Positions 46,353 to 55,636 are shown, counted from the first letter of the stretch. The stretch is 64,000 nt of DNA from Flavobacterium sp. (GCA_030591585.1 JAUVAS010000006.1:1714-65713), one strand, 5' to 3'. Numbers and translations: made by a program. The notes: generated by a model from the sequence alone, not told the origin.

Positions 46353-47171
46353 CTAATATTGTTCCTTCTCATTTGGAAAATCACCATTTTTTACATCGTC
46401 TATATATTTATGAAAAGCACCTGTCATGCCTTCAAACATATCTAGGTAGCGTCTTAAAAACCGAGGATTAAATTCGTGAGTCATTCCCAACATATCGTGT
46501 GTTACTAGTACTTGTCCATCTACGCCACCACCAGCACCAATCCCTATGATTGGAATATGTAGACTTTTTGCAACTTCTTCAGCAAGTTTTGCAGGAACTT
46601 TTTCTAGCACGATAGCAAAACAACCTGTTTTTTCGAGTAATAATGCATCTTTTTTAAGTCGTTCAGCTTCAGCATCTTCTTTTGCTCTTACCGTATAGGT
46701 TCCAAATTTATAGATGGATTGCGGTGTAAGTCCTAGATGCCCCATCACCGGAATTCCAGCATTTAGAGTACGTTTAATAGATTCTTTTATTTCTTTTCCA
46801 CCCTCCATTTTTATGGCATGAGCACCACTCTCTTTCATAATTCGTATTGCAGAGCGCAAGGCTTCTTTAGGGTCACTTTGGTAGGTTCCGAAGGGTAAAT
46901 CTACCACTACCAAACTTCTGGTTATTGCTCTAACAACAGAAGAGGCATGATAAATCATTTCGTTGAGTGTAATAGGTAAAGTAGTTTCATGCCCCGCCAT
47001 TACGTTAGAAGCAGAGTCACCTACCAGAACCACATCGATTCCCGCATTATCTACAATCTTTGCCATAGTATAATCGTAGGCAGTTAGCATAGATATTTTT
47101 TCACCTTTACTTTTCATATCCACCAAGGTTTTTGTGGTGATACGTTTGTATTCTTTTTTAGCTGTACTCAT
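46353..47171 (-). CDS. panB: 3-methyl-2-oxobutanoate hydroxymethyltransferase
   Basis: [37 protein letters not shown]. Confidence 0.93.
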   Translation of the reverse strand: MSTAKKEYKRITTKTLVDMKSKGEKISMLTAYDYTMAKIVDNAGIDVVLVGDSASNVMAGHETTLPITLNEMIYHASSVVRAITRSLVVVDLPFGTYQSDPKEALRSAIRIMKESGAHAIKMEGGKEIKESIKRTLNAGIPVMGHLGLTPQSIYKFGTYTVRAKEDAEAERLKKDALLLEKTGCFAIVLEKVPAKLAEEVAKSLHIPIIGIGAGGGVDGQVLVTHDMLGMTHEFNPRFLRRYLDMFEGMTGAFHKYIDDVKNGDFPNEKEQY

Positions 47172-47238
47172 ATTTGTAATAAATTGGATGGTAAATGTAC
47201 TATTTTGAATCCAATCTTTTAAAAAAATATAAATGAAG

Positions 47239-48495
47239 TTATTTTTTTACAATTAGTTTTTCAGTAGCTATCATAATACCATTTTCAAAAAACGTTACAA
47301 AATAAATTCCATTATTAAAACTAGAGATATCAATACTAATTCTATTATATAATTCATCTTCTGAAATAATTTTCCTTCCCTGAATGTCTAATATATCAAT
47401 AGACAAATTATCGGTACTTGTACTATTAAAATCGATATTAAAATTAGTGCTATTTGAAGGGTTTGGATAGATTGTAAAGTGCTTATTACTATATTTAAAA
47501 TCGCTTGTGTTTAATATTGTGGTTGTCCCACAATCTGATACCCTTAAAACAATTCTTCCTGATAAAACAAAACCTATTTCATTGGAAACAAAATCAATAT
47601 CTGAATAGCCTGATAATGGTAATTGATTTGAAGTAATGGTTGTCTCAAAAAGGCAATATTCTTCTTCCCAGTTTTCACCAGAATTAATAGATTTATTTAT
47701 AGAAAGTTGAATACAGTCACACATAAACACTATTATTTCAGAAGTAAACCCTAAATTGTCATTATGAAAATATAGTTTTGAAGTATAGAATACAGGTAAT
47801 GAGAAATCAACCCAGTCAATATTGTTACTAGTTTTAAAGCCAGTGTTTCCTCCAGCCAATAAAAATGAAAAATTAGCTGTTGACGAAAGAGAAGATAGAT
47901 TGTCATTAGTATTGATGTTGCTTTCATTCCAAGTATTCCCTCCATTTAGCGTATGGAATAGAGTGCCGTTATTACCAGCAATAAATCCGATATCAGCATC
48001 TCTAAAACTTATACTATTAAATTTTTCGCTAGACATTGTATTATCTATGACCCAAGTATCTCCTTGATCGGTTGAATTTAATACTGTTCCATTATCACCA
48101 ACCACCCAAATAGTATTTAGCGAAGGCATAGAAATTGAAAATAGATCGTTGGATATTCCTGAAGATAAAAGTGTCCATTCTTCACCACCATTGGTAGTTT
48201 TAATGATAGTGCCGTTTCCACCAACAGCAAAGCCAATATCATTATTGTAAAAAGTCATATCGAAAAAATATTCAGAAATCCCTGTAGTATACTCCATCCA
48301 GTTTACACCACCATCTTCACTTTTTAAAAATATTCCATCATCCAAAATTACAGATACTAAGTTTTCATCAATAGCTCAAATGGCACCATATTGTTCGCTA
48401 TTTGAAGAATTAATGATTTGATGATTCCACCCTTCTTGTGAAAACACTTGAGTGGTAACAAAAAAAGTAACGAAGAAGAAAAGAGAGAATTTCAT
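47239..48495 (-). pseudogene. BNR/Asp-box beta-propeller protein with T9SS C-terminal sorting domain, interrupted by an in-frame TGA
   Basis: ATG 48495 plus signal peptide MKFSLFFFVTFFVTTQVFSQEGW is in frame with the 47239-48345 ORF but separated by TGA at 48376-48378 (...YGAI*AIDENL...). Asp-box repeats SEDGGVNW, TTNGGEEW, STDQGDTW, TLNGGNTW, SINSGENW. C-terminal YPNPS...GIYFV...KLIVKK is a T9SS CTD. Confidence 0.7.
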
Positions 48496-48551
48496 AACTA
48501 ACATCTAAATTAATAATACCTAAAGATACAATTTTTTAAGAAATTTTTTCG

Positions 48552-48672
48552 CAAAAAAGAAGTGAAGCCTGAGTGATTTCACAAGAAGGACGGGACTGTA
48601 TTGTATTGAAGTGGGCTAAGTGATCTTGTCTGCCACCCTGTCATATCATTTCTGCTGGCATAAAGATTGCCA
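48552..48672 (-). ncRNA. Candidate small RNA or structured element (GC-rich island between divergent genes)
   Basis: About 113 nt at roughly 45 percent G+C (hand count) inside otherwise very AT-rich spacer. On the minus strand it ends in a short hairpin (gtgaa/ttcac, 48562-48582) followed by TTCTTTTTTG. No convincing ORF. Orientation and ends are inferred. Confidence 0.25.
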
Positions 48673-48738
48673 TATATCAAATGTCTCAAATAATTTTTAG
48701 ACGATAAAAAAAGATAATTAAAAAAATAATTTATAGTT

Positions 48739-50646
48739 ATGAGTAAAATAATAGGAATCGATTTAGGAACCACCAATTCTTGTGTGGCTGTGATGGAAGG
48801 TAGTGAGCCAACCGTTATCCCTAATGCTGAAGGGAAGAGAACAACCCCTTCAGTTATTGCATTTGTAGAAGATGGTGAAATTAAAGTGGGAGATTCTGCT
48901 AAAAGACAAGCGGTAACCAACCCAACAAAAACCATTTCTTCTATTAAGAGATTTATGGGAAACAGTTTTTCTGAATCTAGCAAAGAAGCAGATCGTGCTG
49001 CATTTAAAGTAGTAAAAGGTGATAATGACACCGCTCGTGTAGATATCGACGGAAGAATGTATACACCTCAAGAATTATCAGCAATGATTCTTCAGAAAAT
49101 GAAGAAAACAGCAGAAGATTACTTAGGGCACGATGTAACAGAAGCAGTTATTACAGTACCTGCATACTTTAACGACAGTCAACGTCACGCAACAAAAGAA
49201 GCGGGTGAGATTGCTGGATTAAAAGTAAGAAGAATCATCAACGAACCTACGGCAGCAGCCTTAGCTTACGGAATGGACAAAAAGGGAACCGACCAAAAAA
49301 TCGTAGTATTCGATTTTGGAGGAGGTACTCATGATGTTTCAATCCTTGAATTAGGTGATGGTGTTTTTGAAGTATTGTCAACAGACGGTGATACACATTT
49401 AGGGGGTGACGATATAGATCAAGAAATTATTAACTGGCTAGCAGAAGAGTTTAAAAAAGATGAGGATATAGACCTTCGTAAAGACCCAATGGCTTTACAA
49501 CGTTTAAAAGAAGCTGCAGAAAAAGCAAAGATTGAATTGTCTGCTTCTACACAAACAGAAATCAATTTACCTTATGTAACGGCTACCGCTAGCGGGCCAA
49601 AGCACTTGGTAAGAAGTTTGTCACGTTCTAAGTTTGAACAATTAATAGACAGTTTAGTAAAACGTACCATCGCACCTTGTGAGAAAGCATTAAAAGATGC
49701 AGGTCTTTCAAAAAGTGATATTGATGAAATTATTTTAGTAGGGGGATCTACTCGTATTCCTGCAGTGCAAGAAGCGGTAGAAAAGTTCTTCGGAAAAAAA
49801 CCTAACAAAGGAGTGAATCCAGATGAGGTAGTAGCATTAGGAGCTGCGATTCAAGGTGGTGTGTTGACAGGAGATGTGAAAGATGTATTATTATTAGATG
49901 TAACACCACTTTCATTAGGTATTGAAACTATGGGAGGTGTAATGACTCATTTAATTGAATCTAACACGACCATTCCAACTAAGAAATCGCAAGTATTCTC
50001 TACAGCAGCAGATAATCAACCAAGTGTTGAGATTCATGTAATGCAAGGAGAACGTCCAATGGCAAATGATAATAAAACAATAGGTCGTTTCCATTTAGAT
50101 GGAATTCCACCAGCACGTAGAGGAACGCCACAGATTGAAGTTACTTTCGATATTGATGCCAATGGTATTATTAAAGTAAGTGCTACCGATAAAGCAACTG
50201 GAAAATCTCAAGACATTCGTATTGAAGCATCTTCAGGATTAACAGATGAGGAAATCCAAAAAATGAAAGCAGATGCAGAAGCAAATGCAGAATCTGATAA
50301 GTTAGCAAAAGAAAAAGCTGATAAGTTGAATGAAGCAGACTCGATGATTTTCCAAACAGAAAAGCAATTGGAAGAATTTGGGGATAAAATCTCTGATGAC
50401 AACAAAAAACCAGTTGAAGAAGCTTTAGCAGAATTAAAAGCTGCTTTTGAGACTAAGGAAGTTGAAACCATTCAACCTGCTTTAGACAAAATTAATGAAG
50501 CTTGGAAAGCAGCCTCAGAAGAAATGTATAAAGCACAAGCCGAAGCGCAACAAGCTGGAGCTCCAACAGGAGATGCTGGTGCGCAAGAAGAGCCAACAGA
50601 CGAAAATAGCGATGTTGAGGATGTTGACTTTGAAGAAGTGAAGTAA
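48739..50646 (+). CDS. dnaK: Molecular chaperone DnaK (Hsp70)
   Basis: [22 protein letters not shown]-type block ([10 protein letters not shown]), [14 protein letters not shown], and an acidic C-terminal EEVK tail. Confidence 0.98.
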   Translation: MSKIIGIDLGTTNSCVAVMEGSEPTVIPNAEGKRTTPSVIAFVEDGEIKVGDSAKRQAVTNPTKTISSIKRFMGNSFSESSKEADRAAFKVVKGDNDTARVDIDGRMYTPQELSAMILQKMKKTAEDYLGHDVTEAVITVPAYFNDSQRHATKEAGEIAGLKVRRIINEPTAAALAYGMDKKGTDQKIVVFDFGGGTHDVSILELGDGVFEVLSTDGDTHLGGDDIDQEIINWLAEEFKKDEDIDLRKDPMALQRLKEAAEKAKIELSASTQTEINLPYVTATASGPKHLVRSLSRSKFEQLIDSLVKRTIAPCEKALKDAGLSKSDIDEIILVGGSTRIPAVQEAVEKFFGKKPNKGVNPDEVVALGAAIQGGVLTGDVKDVLLLDVTPLSLGIETMGGVMTHLIESNTTIPTKKSQVFSTAADNQPSVEIHVMQGERPMANDNKTIGRFHLDGIPPARRGTPQIEVTFDIDANGIIKVSATDKATGKSQDIRIEASSGLTDEEIQKMKADAEANAESDKLAKEKADKLNEADSMIFQTEKQLEEFGDKISDDNKKPVEEALAELKAAFETKEVETIQPALDKINEAWKAASEEMYKAQAEAQQAGAPTGDAGAQEEPTDENSDVEDVDFEEVK

Positions 50647-50679
50647 GCAGAGAACACCTTTTGCTTAGCAAAAGGTTGT

Positions 50680-50711
50680 GAATCGCTTATGCTGAGCTTG
50701 TCGAAGTATCT
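50680..50711 (+). repeat. REP-like post-stop element
   Basis: gaatcgcttatgctgagcttgtcgaagtatct, preceded by the hairpin accttttgc-tta-gcaaaaggt (50655-50677). It ends in GAAGTATCT, a one-base variant of the shared GAAGAATCT. Confidence 0.45.
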
Positions 50712-50724
50712 AGTAGAAAAAAAA

Positions 50725-50750
50725 GGCGACCCGATTGGGTCGCCTTTTTT
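50725..50750 (+). terminator. Rho-independent terminator of dnaK
   Basis: GC-rich 8-bp stem ggcgaccc/gggtcgcc, loop gatt, a T6 run, and an A8 run upstream. Confidence 0.9.
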
Positions 50751-50779
50751 GTTAGATTATTGGTTTAGGTTTAATTCAT

Positions 50780-50787
50780 TATTTTTG
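50780..50787 (+). promoter_or_regulatory. Candidate -7 promoter box for the three-hydrolase operon
   Basis: TATTTTTG matches TAnnTTTG and ends 23 nt before ATG 50810, about 30 nt after the dnaK terminator. Confidence 0.45.
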
Positions 50788-50809
50788 CGAGCTATTATTA
50801 ATTGTTAAT

Positions 50810-52258
50810 ATGAAAAACATCCCCAATTTCCTGCTTTCAAAAAAATGGTTATTATTGATATTATTTATTTCAACCATATCTTTTAGCCAAGAAAATAGTG
50901 TTACTTACGAGTTGTTCAATAACAACGAATTGTTTTCTAAAAAAAAATGTATCACAGATGAGATTGAGTTTTCATCTTTAGAGGTAAAATTTGATAAAGG
51001 AGATGCGGCCTTAGTTAAAAGCACTTCCCTTACAATTATTTTAAACGAAATGTTCGAAGAGCATTTTTTAGATTATAAAGAGTTTAATAAATTCAACTTA
51101 AGAGAATGGTTGTTAAACCATAAGATAAGTAAAAATAAAGAGTTTCTTGTTTTCGATTATTTTATTCTATTAAAAGACAATACCATTCAAAGACAAAAAA
51201 GAAAGTATTGTGTTAAAAATATAGATAAATTAATTAAAGAAAGTTCTGATCAAAAAGAGGAGTTTATAAAGTTACCAATATTCTTCGCTACAGATAGAGA
51301 TTATAATCCAGACGTAGGTTTTGATGACCAATTTGGAGGAGAACGATCCGATTTAAAATATGGTTTCTCAGTTATTAGTATTCCTAAGATTCATAAAGTA
51401 GGAGAGATTGAGGCTCCTTCCTATTGGAAGCTAGAATTTTGGGAAGACCCAGAGAAACATATTGTAGTTCATTCTATAAATATGTTAAACAAGTATAATT
51501 TTTATACTAAGTTATCTGAGAGGATTGATCAATCACCAAAAAAACGAACCTTTTTATTTATTCACGGTTTTAATGTTTCGTTTATAGATGCTGCTAAAAG
51601 AACTGCTCAAATGACCTATGACCTTAAGTTTGATGGTGCCCCTGTTTTTTATAGTTGGCCTTCCCAGGCATCTGTAAGTGCTTATACAATGGATGAAGCA
51701 ACAATTGAATGGTCTGAAAAGAAAATAGAAAATTTTCTAAAAGATTACTTATCAAAAACAAATGCAGAAGAAATTTATTTGATAGCTCATAGTATGGGGA
51801 ATCGTGCATTGACAAAAGCGATTATATCTGTGGTTTCAGAAAACCCTGAACTTAAATCAAAGATTAAAGAAATCATATTGGCAGCGCCAGATATTGATGC
51901 TGGTGTTTTTAAAAGAGATATTGCTCCTAAAATGGTGTCAATTATTAGCAGACCAATCACGTTATATGTTTCGTCTAAAGATGTTGCTCTTCAAGCTTCA
52001 CACGTAGTTCATGGGGCTGCAAGGGCTGGAGATTCTAACGATTCTATAGTAGTTGTAGACGGGATAGAAACAATAGATGCCTCTAGTGTTGATACAAGTT
52101 TATTTGGTATGGGTCATTCGTATATTTCAGATTCACCATCTATAATAGAAGATATTCTTGATCTTATAAAAACATCAGATAGAGCAGATGTAAGAGATCA
52201 ATTGATAAAAATGAAAACAGATGAAGATGTTTTTTGGGAAATAAACTACAAAAACTAG
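50810..52258 (+). CDS. Exported DUF900-family alpha/beta hydrolase with an unassigned N-terminal domain of about 150 aa
   Basis: Signal peptide LLLILFISTISFSQE. DUF900 blocks: FFATDR, YGFSVISIPK, FLFIHGFNVSFIDAAKRTAQM, PVFYSWPS, LIAHSMGN (nucleophile Ser), LAAPDID, GHS. Confidence 0.8.
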   Translation: MKNIPNFLLSKKWLLLILFISTISFSQENSVTYELFNNNELFSKKKCITDEIEFSSLEVKFDKGDAALVKSTSLTIILNEMFEEHFLDYKEFNKFNLREWLLNHKISKNKEFLVFDYFILLKDNTIQRQKRKYCVKNIDKLIKESSDQKEEFIKLPIFFATDRDYNPDVGFDDQFGGERSDLKYGFSVISIPKIHKVGEIEAPSYWKLEFWEDPEKHIVVHSINMLNKYNFYTKLSERIDQSPKKRTFLFIHGFNVSFIDAAKRTAQMTYDLKFDGAPVFYSWPSQASVSAYTMDEATIEWSEKKIENFLKDYLSKTNAEEIYLIAHSMGNRALTKAIISVVSENPELKSKIKEIILAAPDIDAGVFKRDIAPKMVSIISRPITLYVSSKDVALQASHVVHGAARAGDSNDSIVVVDGIETIDASSVDTSLFGMGHSYISDSPSIIEDILDLIKTSDRADVRDQLIKMKTDEDVFWEINYKN

Positions 52259-52263
52259 TTAAA

Positions 52264-53715
52264 ATGATTAAGAATATATTTTTAAAAATAGTTGTTATAT
52301 TAATTATTTGCATTACTTCTTTAGTCGGATTTTCACAAGATGATGCGGGATATAATTTTCCAATGGGTATCAGCGAAAATGATTTTGAGGAATTAGAAAA
52401 AATGCCTCAAAAAGCAGTGCTAACACGTAGCTTTTACGATGCTGTAAATTTACCAAATGCGTTTTCTTTAAAGCAGTATGCTCCAATTCCTAAAGAACAA
52501 AAGTATGGCACATGTGCTGCTTGGGCAACAGCGTATGCAGCAAGAACGATCATTGAAGCAAAAGCAAACAACTGGACAGATAAAGAAGAGATTACTAAAA
52601 ATGCATTTTCACCAGCATTTACTTATAGAATTACAGAGCCTAGCAATAAAAAATGTAAAGGTGCAAGTACCCTTTCCGTAGTTTCTTCTTTGAAAATGGT
52701 AGGTGCTTTGCCTTTGAGTGAATGGGAAGTAGATGAAAATGATAAAAAAGAGTATTACTGTCCAGATGAATTAGATGTTGACCTTTCTGTTTTAGCTTCA
52801 AATTTTAAAATTATTGATTTTTCAAAACTTTTTTCAGATCCAAAACCAAGAGGCTCAAAAACAGAAAAGGTTAAATTAAGCTTATCTAATGGAAATCCAG
52901 TAGTAATAATGATGTCTTGCCCAGATTCATTTCAGAGAATTTCAGCATCTGTGTGGGAGCCAAAAGAGTATCCCAATTTTGGAAAATATGGGAATCATGC
53001 AATGACAGTGGTTAGCTATGATAATGATAAATTTGGAGGAGCTTTCGAAATTCAAAATAGCTGGGGTACAGACTATGCGGATGGTGGTTATGTTTGGATT
53101 ACCTATAAAGACTTTAACGCATTTGTGTACGGTGCAATCGAATTGTTTGAATACGTAGCGCCAGAGCCTGAAGCACCTTTGTTTAAAGGAGCTTTGTCGG
53201 TTTTGAATACCGAAACAAATAAAAAACTAACAGCCAGTCTTATAGCTAATGAAAGTTCAAATACTTATAAAGTAAATGAACCTTTAATCGCTGGAAGCAG
53301 AATAAGGTTTTATCTTCAAAATAATGAATCTGCGTATGTATATGTTTTGGGGACGGGTTCTGTAGATACTTCTGTAAATAAGCTTTTTCCAGTAGCTGGT
53401 ACTACGGCACTTTTAAATTACAAGGAGAATGAAGTGCCTTTACCTTCAGAAGAGCATTATTTTGAAATGGATAATACTGTAGGAAAAGATTATATCAGTT
53501 TATTATATTCTAAAGAGGTATTAGATATTGATAAGTTGTTAGAGTTTTTAAATGATTCTGAAGGAACTATAGATAAAAAAATATTTGATATATTTGACAG
53601 CCAAATCATTCCAAATAACGAGATACAATTTAATAAAAACGAAGTAAAATTCGAAACCTTTTCAAAAGACAAATCAAAAATAATGAGTATCATTATTGAG
53701 TTTGATCATAATTAA
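52264..53715 (+). CDS. Exported papain-like (C1 family) cysteine peptidase with C-terminal DUF4384-like domain
   Basis: Start at ATG 52264 gives signal peptide MIKNIFLKIVVILIICITSLVGFSQDD. Catalytic Cys context QKYGTCAAWATAYA, His GNHAMTVVSYD, Asn/Trp FEIQNSWGTDYADGGYVWITY. The C-terminal RIRFYLQNNESAYVYVLGTG...NKLFP...GKDYISLLYS resembles DUF4384. Confidence 0.8.
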   Translation: MIKNIFLKIVVILIICITSLVGFSQDDAGYNFPMGISENDFEELEKMPQKAVLTRSFYDAVNLPNAFSLKQYAPIPKEQKYGTCAAWATAYAARTIIEAKANNWTDKEEITKNAFSPAFTYRITEPSNKKCKGASTLSVVSSLKMVGALPLSEWEVDENDKKEYYCPDELDVDLSVLASNFKIIDFSKLFSDPKPRGSKTEKVKLSLSNGNPVVIMMSCPDSFQRISASVWEPKEYPNFGKYGNHAMTVVSYDNDKFGGAFEIQNSWGTDYADGGYVWITYKDFNAFVYGAIELFEYVAPEPEAPLFKGALSVLNTETNKKLTASLIANESSNTYKVNEPLIAGSRIRFYLQNNESAYVYVLGTGSVDTSVNKLFPVAGTTALLNYKENEVPLPSEEHYFEMDNTVGKDYISLLYSKEVLDIDKLLEFLNDSEGTIDKKIFDIFDSQIIPNNEIQFNKNEVKFETFSKDKSKIMSIIIEFDHN

Positions 53716-53740
53716 AAAGGAACACTTAACCACCCAACTT

Positions 53741-55072
53741 ATGAAACAGTTTATTACATTATTACTTTTAATAGCATTTGTTGCCGTAAACGCACAAAAA
53801 ACCCGAAATTTCAATGTCTTTAAAGAAAATAAAATTGAATCTAATAATGACAAAATAGCATTAGTAATAGCCAATAGTGACTACGATATTGGGAAGTTAG
53901 ACAAGCCTGTAGAAGAAGCTGAGTATTTAATAAAAGCTCTTGAAAAGCAAGGATATGATGTGCAAATTGGATATAATCTAGATCAAGCTAATATGAAAAA
54001 AGCGATCATCGAGTTTTCTAAGAAATTTAATTCTTACAAAAGCGGGTTGGTGTATTATGCAGGTCATGGTTTTCAGATAGATGGTGAAAATTATTTAGTG
54101 CCAACAGACACACCACAAACCGATGTGATGTTTGAATTAAAGAGCTCTTTAGTAAATGTTGACTATGTTTTTGAAGCGATTAACGACCCAAAAAAACCAA
54201 AAATCATCATATTAGATGCGTGTAGAAACAACCCTTTTAAAGATAAATTAGCATCGTCTTACAGAGGACTTGATGATAACGGATTTTCAGAAATTAAAGC
54301 GCAAATAAACAGTGAAATATTATTCTCAACAGCAGCAGGAACTAAAGTAAATGATGATAACCCTTTTACCAGAATTTTTAGTGAAGAAATTATCAAAGGT
54401 GGTTGTTATGATGATATTTTGCGTAGAACTAATTCTCGTGTTAGAGAAGAAAATCCAAGACAGATTTTAGCAACTATGGGATTTCTTGAAGACAAAATAT
54501 GTTTTGGGGAAGAGAAAAAAGAAGCGCCTGTGACTCCTGTAATTGTTAATAATAATCAAGATATTTCAGTTAATAAAAGTGTAAATGTTAATGATTTGGA
54601 AGAAACGTTGGCTTGGATGCAAGGAAAAATAACAGGAATTAGTTATTATAAATATTATAATACTGGAGCTTTATCTAAAAACTTTTATCGTGAGAGTAAG
54701 TATAAAATAGAATATGATACTAATAAATGTGAACTAAAATTAATTGAAGAAGATTCATACGTTGAAGACAGAAACTCGGTTAGAAATGATAGAGTGTCAA
54801 ATATTACCTATAGTTTTAACTTATCTGATATTTCAACAGTTGCGATAGAAGAAGATAATTTTAATGGGAAGAATTTTAAAATTAATACGCACAATAATAA
54901 AAAAGCAATTCACAAAGTATCAAAAGGTTGGGCTAGTCAAACAATTGATTTGGATGAGTTTTATATAAAATATACAGATTTGGGAGATTTAAAAGATCAC
55001 CCAGAACGTTTTGTAAAAGCATTTACAGATGCTGTTAAAATGTGTGGAGGAAGTAAAAAAGAGAAATATTAA
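53741..55072 (+). CDS. Exported caspase-like (peptidase C14) protein with an unassigned C-terminal domain of about 180 aa
   Basis: Start at ATG 53741 gives signal peptide MKQFITLLLLIAFVAVNAQK. KIALVIANSDYD, catalytic His in VYYAGHGFQIDGENYLVPTD, catalytic Cys in KIIILDACRNNPF. Confidence 0.85.
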   Translation: MKQFITLLLLIAFVAVNAQKTRNFNVFKENKIESNNDKIALVIANSDYDIGKLDKPVEEAEYLIKALEKQGYDVQIGYNLDQANMKKAIIEFSKKFNSYKSGLVYYAGHGFQIDGENYLVPTDTPQTDVMFELKSSLVNVDYVFEAINDPKKPKIIILDACRNNPFKDKLASSYRGLDDNGFSEIKAQINSEILFSTAAGTKVNDDNPFTRIFSEEIIKGGCYDDILRRTNSRVREENPRQILATMGFLEDKICFGEEKKEAPVTPVIVNNNQDISVNKSVNVNDLEETLAWMQGKITGISYYKYYNTGALSKNFYRESKYKIEYDTNKCELKLIEEDSYVEDRNSVRNDRVSNITYSFNLSDISTVAIEEDNFNGKNFKINTHNNKKAIHKVSKGWASQTIDLDEFYIKYTDLGDLKDHPERFVKAFTDAVKMCGGSKKEKY

Positions 55073-55126
55073 AATTACGTTTTTGTTGATTTAACACAAC
55101 TTTTGCACCATATAATATAGTTTTTA

Positions 55127-55134
55127 TACCTTTG
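55127..55134 (+). promoter_or_regulatory. Candidate -7 promoter box immediately upstream of the HYC_CC_PP-like gene
   Basis: TACCTTTG matches TAnnTTTG but ends only 9 nt before ATG 55143, which would give a nearly leaderless mRNA. Confidence 0.3.
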
Positions 55135-55142
55135 GAGTATAA

Positions 55143-55559
55143 ATGAAATATTTTTTTAGAAATATAACAGTATTTACTTTAGCCACTTTGGTGCTAGTAT
55201 CTACGATGTCGTTTACCATAAACAAACATTTTTGTGGTGATTACTTAGTAAGTACTTCACTAGTATTAAAGGGGGATACTTGTGGTATGGAAAAACAAAT
55301 TTCTACTACTAAGAAAGGTTGTTTTATTCTAAAAAAGAACTGTTGTAAAGACGAAATTCAATTAGTTAAGGGTCAAGATGATTTAAAGATTGACTTTTCA
55401 GAATTAGATTTTCAACAACAAATTTTCATTACTTCTTTTGTAATCTCTTACTCTAATTTATTTGAAGTATTAGATTCTCAAACTATTCCTTTTAAAGAGT
55501 ATTCTCCTCCTCTGCTGGTTAAGGACATTCAGTTACTTGACCAAGTATTTTTAATTTGA
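55143..55559 (+). CDS. Small Cys-containing membrane-anchored protein, HYC_CC_PP-like, first gene of the metal-efflux cluster
   Basis: 138 aa with an N-terminal hydrophobic helix. Ordered motifs NKHFCGDY, TCGMEK, KNCCKDE and YSPPLL fit the pattern implied by the family name (H-aromatic-C, CC, PP) as I recall it from Bacteroidota metal-efflux loci. Confidence 0.5.
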   Translation: MKYFFRNITVFTLATLVLVSTMSFTINKHFCGDYLVSTSLVLKGDTCGMEKQISTTKKGCFILKKNCCKDEIQLVKGQDDLKIDFSELDFQQQIFITSFVISYSNLFEVLDSQTIPFKEYSPPLLVKDIQLLDQVFLI

Positions 55560-55580
55560 TCTAATTTTTTAAATGAAACA

Positions 55581-55636
55581 TTGCAATCTCGTTAAGGGGT
55601 TGCCACGTCACTCATTCTTCGTTTCTCGCAATGACA
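55581..55636. repeat. REP-like imperfect palindrome between the HYC_CC_PP-like gene and cusA
   Basis: ttgcaatctcgttaaggggttgccacgtcactcattcttcgtttctcgcaatgac. The reverse complement starts gtcattgcgagaaacgaagaatg, related to gtcattcagaacgaag at 2094. Outer arms cattgc.../...gcaatg. Confidence 0.5.

Noticed and set aside
48376-48378. Selenocysteine or TGA recoding as an explanation for the in-frame TGA, and stop-codon reassignment in general for the three in-frame stops.
   Set aside because: TGA and TAA clearly terminate well-conserved genes elsewhere in the window. I saw no obvious SECIS-like hairpin immediately downstream. A Trp (TGG) fits the context, so a point mutation or sequencing error is the simpler explanation.
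48496-48738. CIRCE heat-shock operator, tRNA, SRP RNA or tmRNA in the dnaK upstream spacer.
   Set aside because: There is no TTAGCACTC-N9-GAGTGCTAA-like inverted repeat. There is no GTTCGAATC-type T-loop. There is no GGAAG/AGCAG SRP domain-IV signature in a long hairpin. The length is wrong for tmRNA. The element is reported only as an unclassified candidate.
48579-49071. 150-aa and 73-aa minus-strand ORFs overlapping the 5' end of dnaK and the upstream spacer.
   Set aside because: They lie antisense to the highly conserved dnaK N-terminus and have no recognisable motifs. Only the non-coding GC-rich island upstream is kept as an observation.
50810-55072. Gasdermin-plus-protease defence operon, because of the caspase-like gene.
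   Set aside because: No neighbouring ORF has the size or features of a bacterial gasdermin (about 250-300 aa, leaderless). All three products carry export signals, and there is no NACHT/STAND or repeat sensor domain. The locus is reported as an unclassified system instead.
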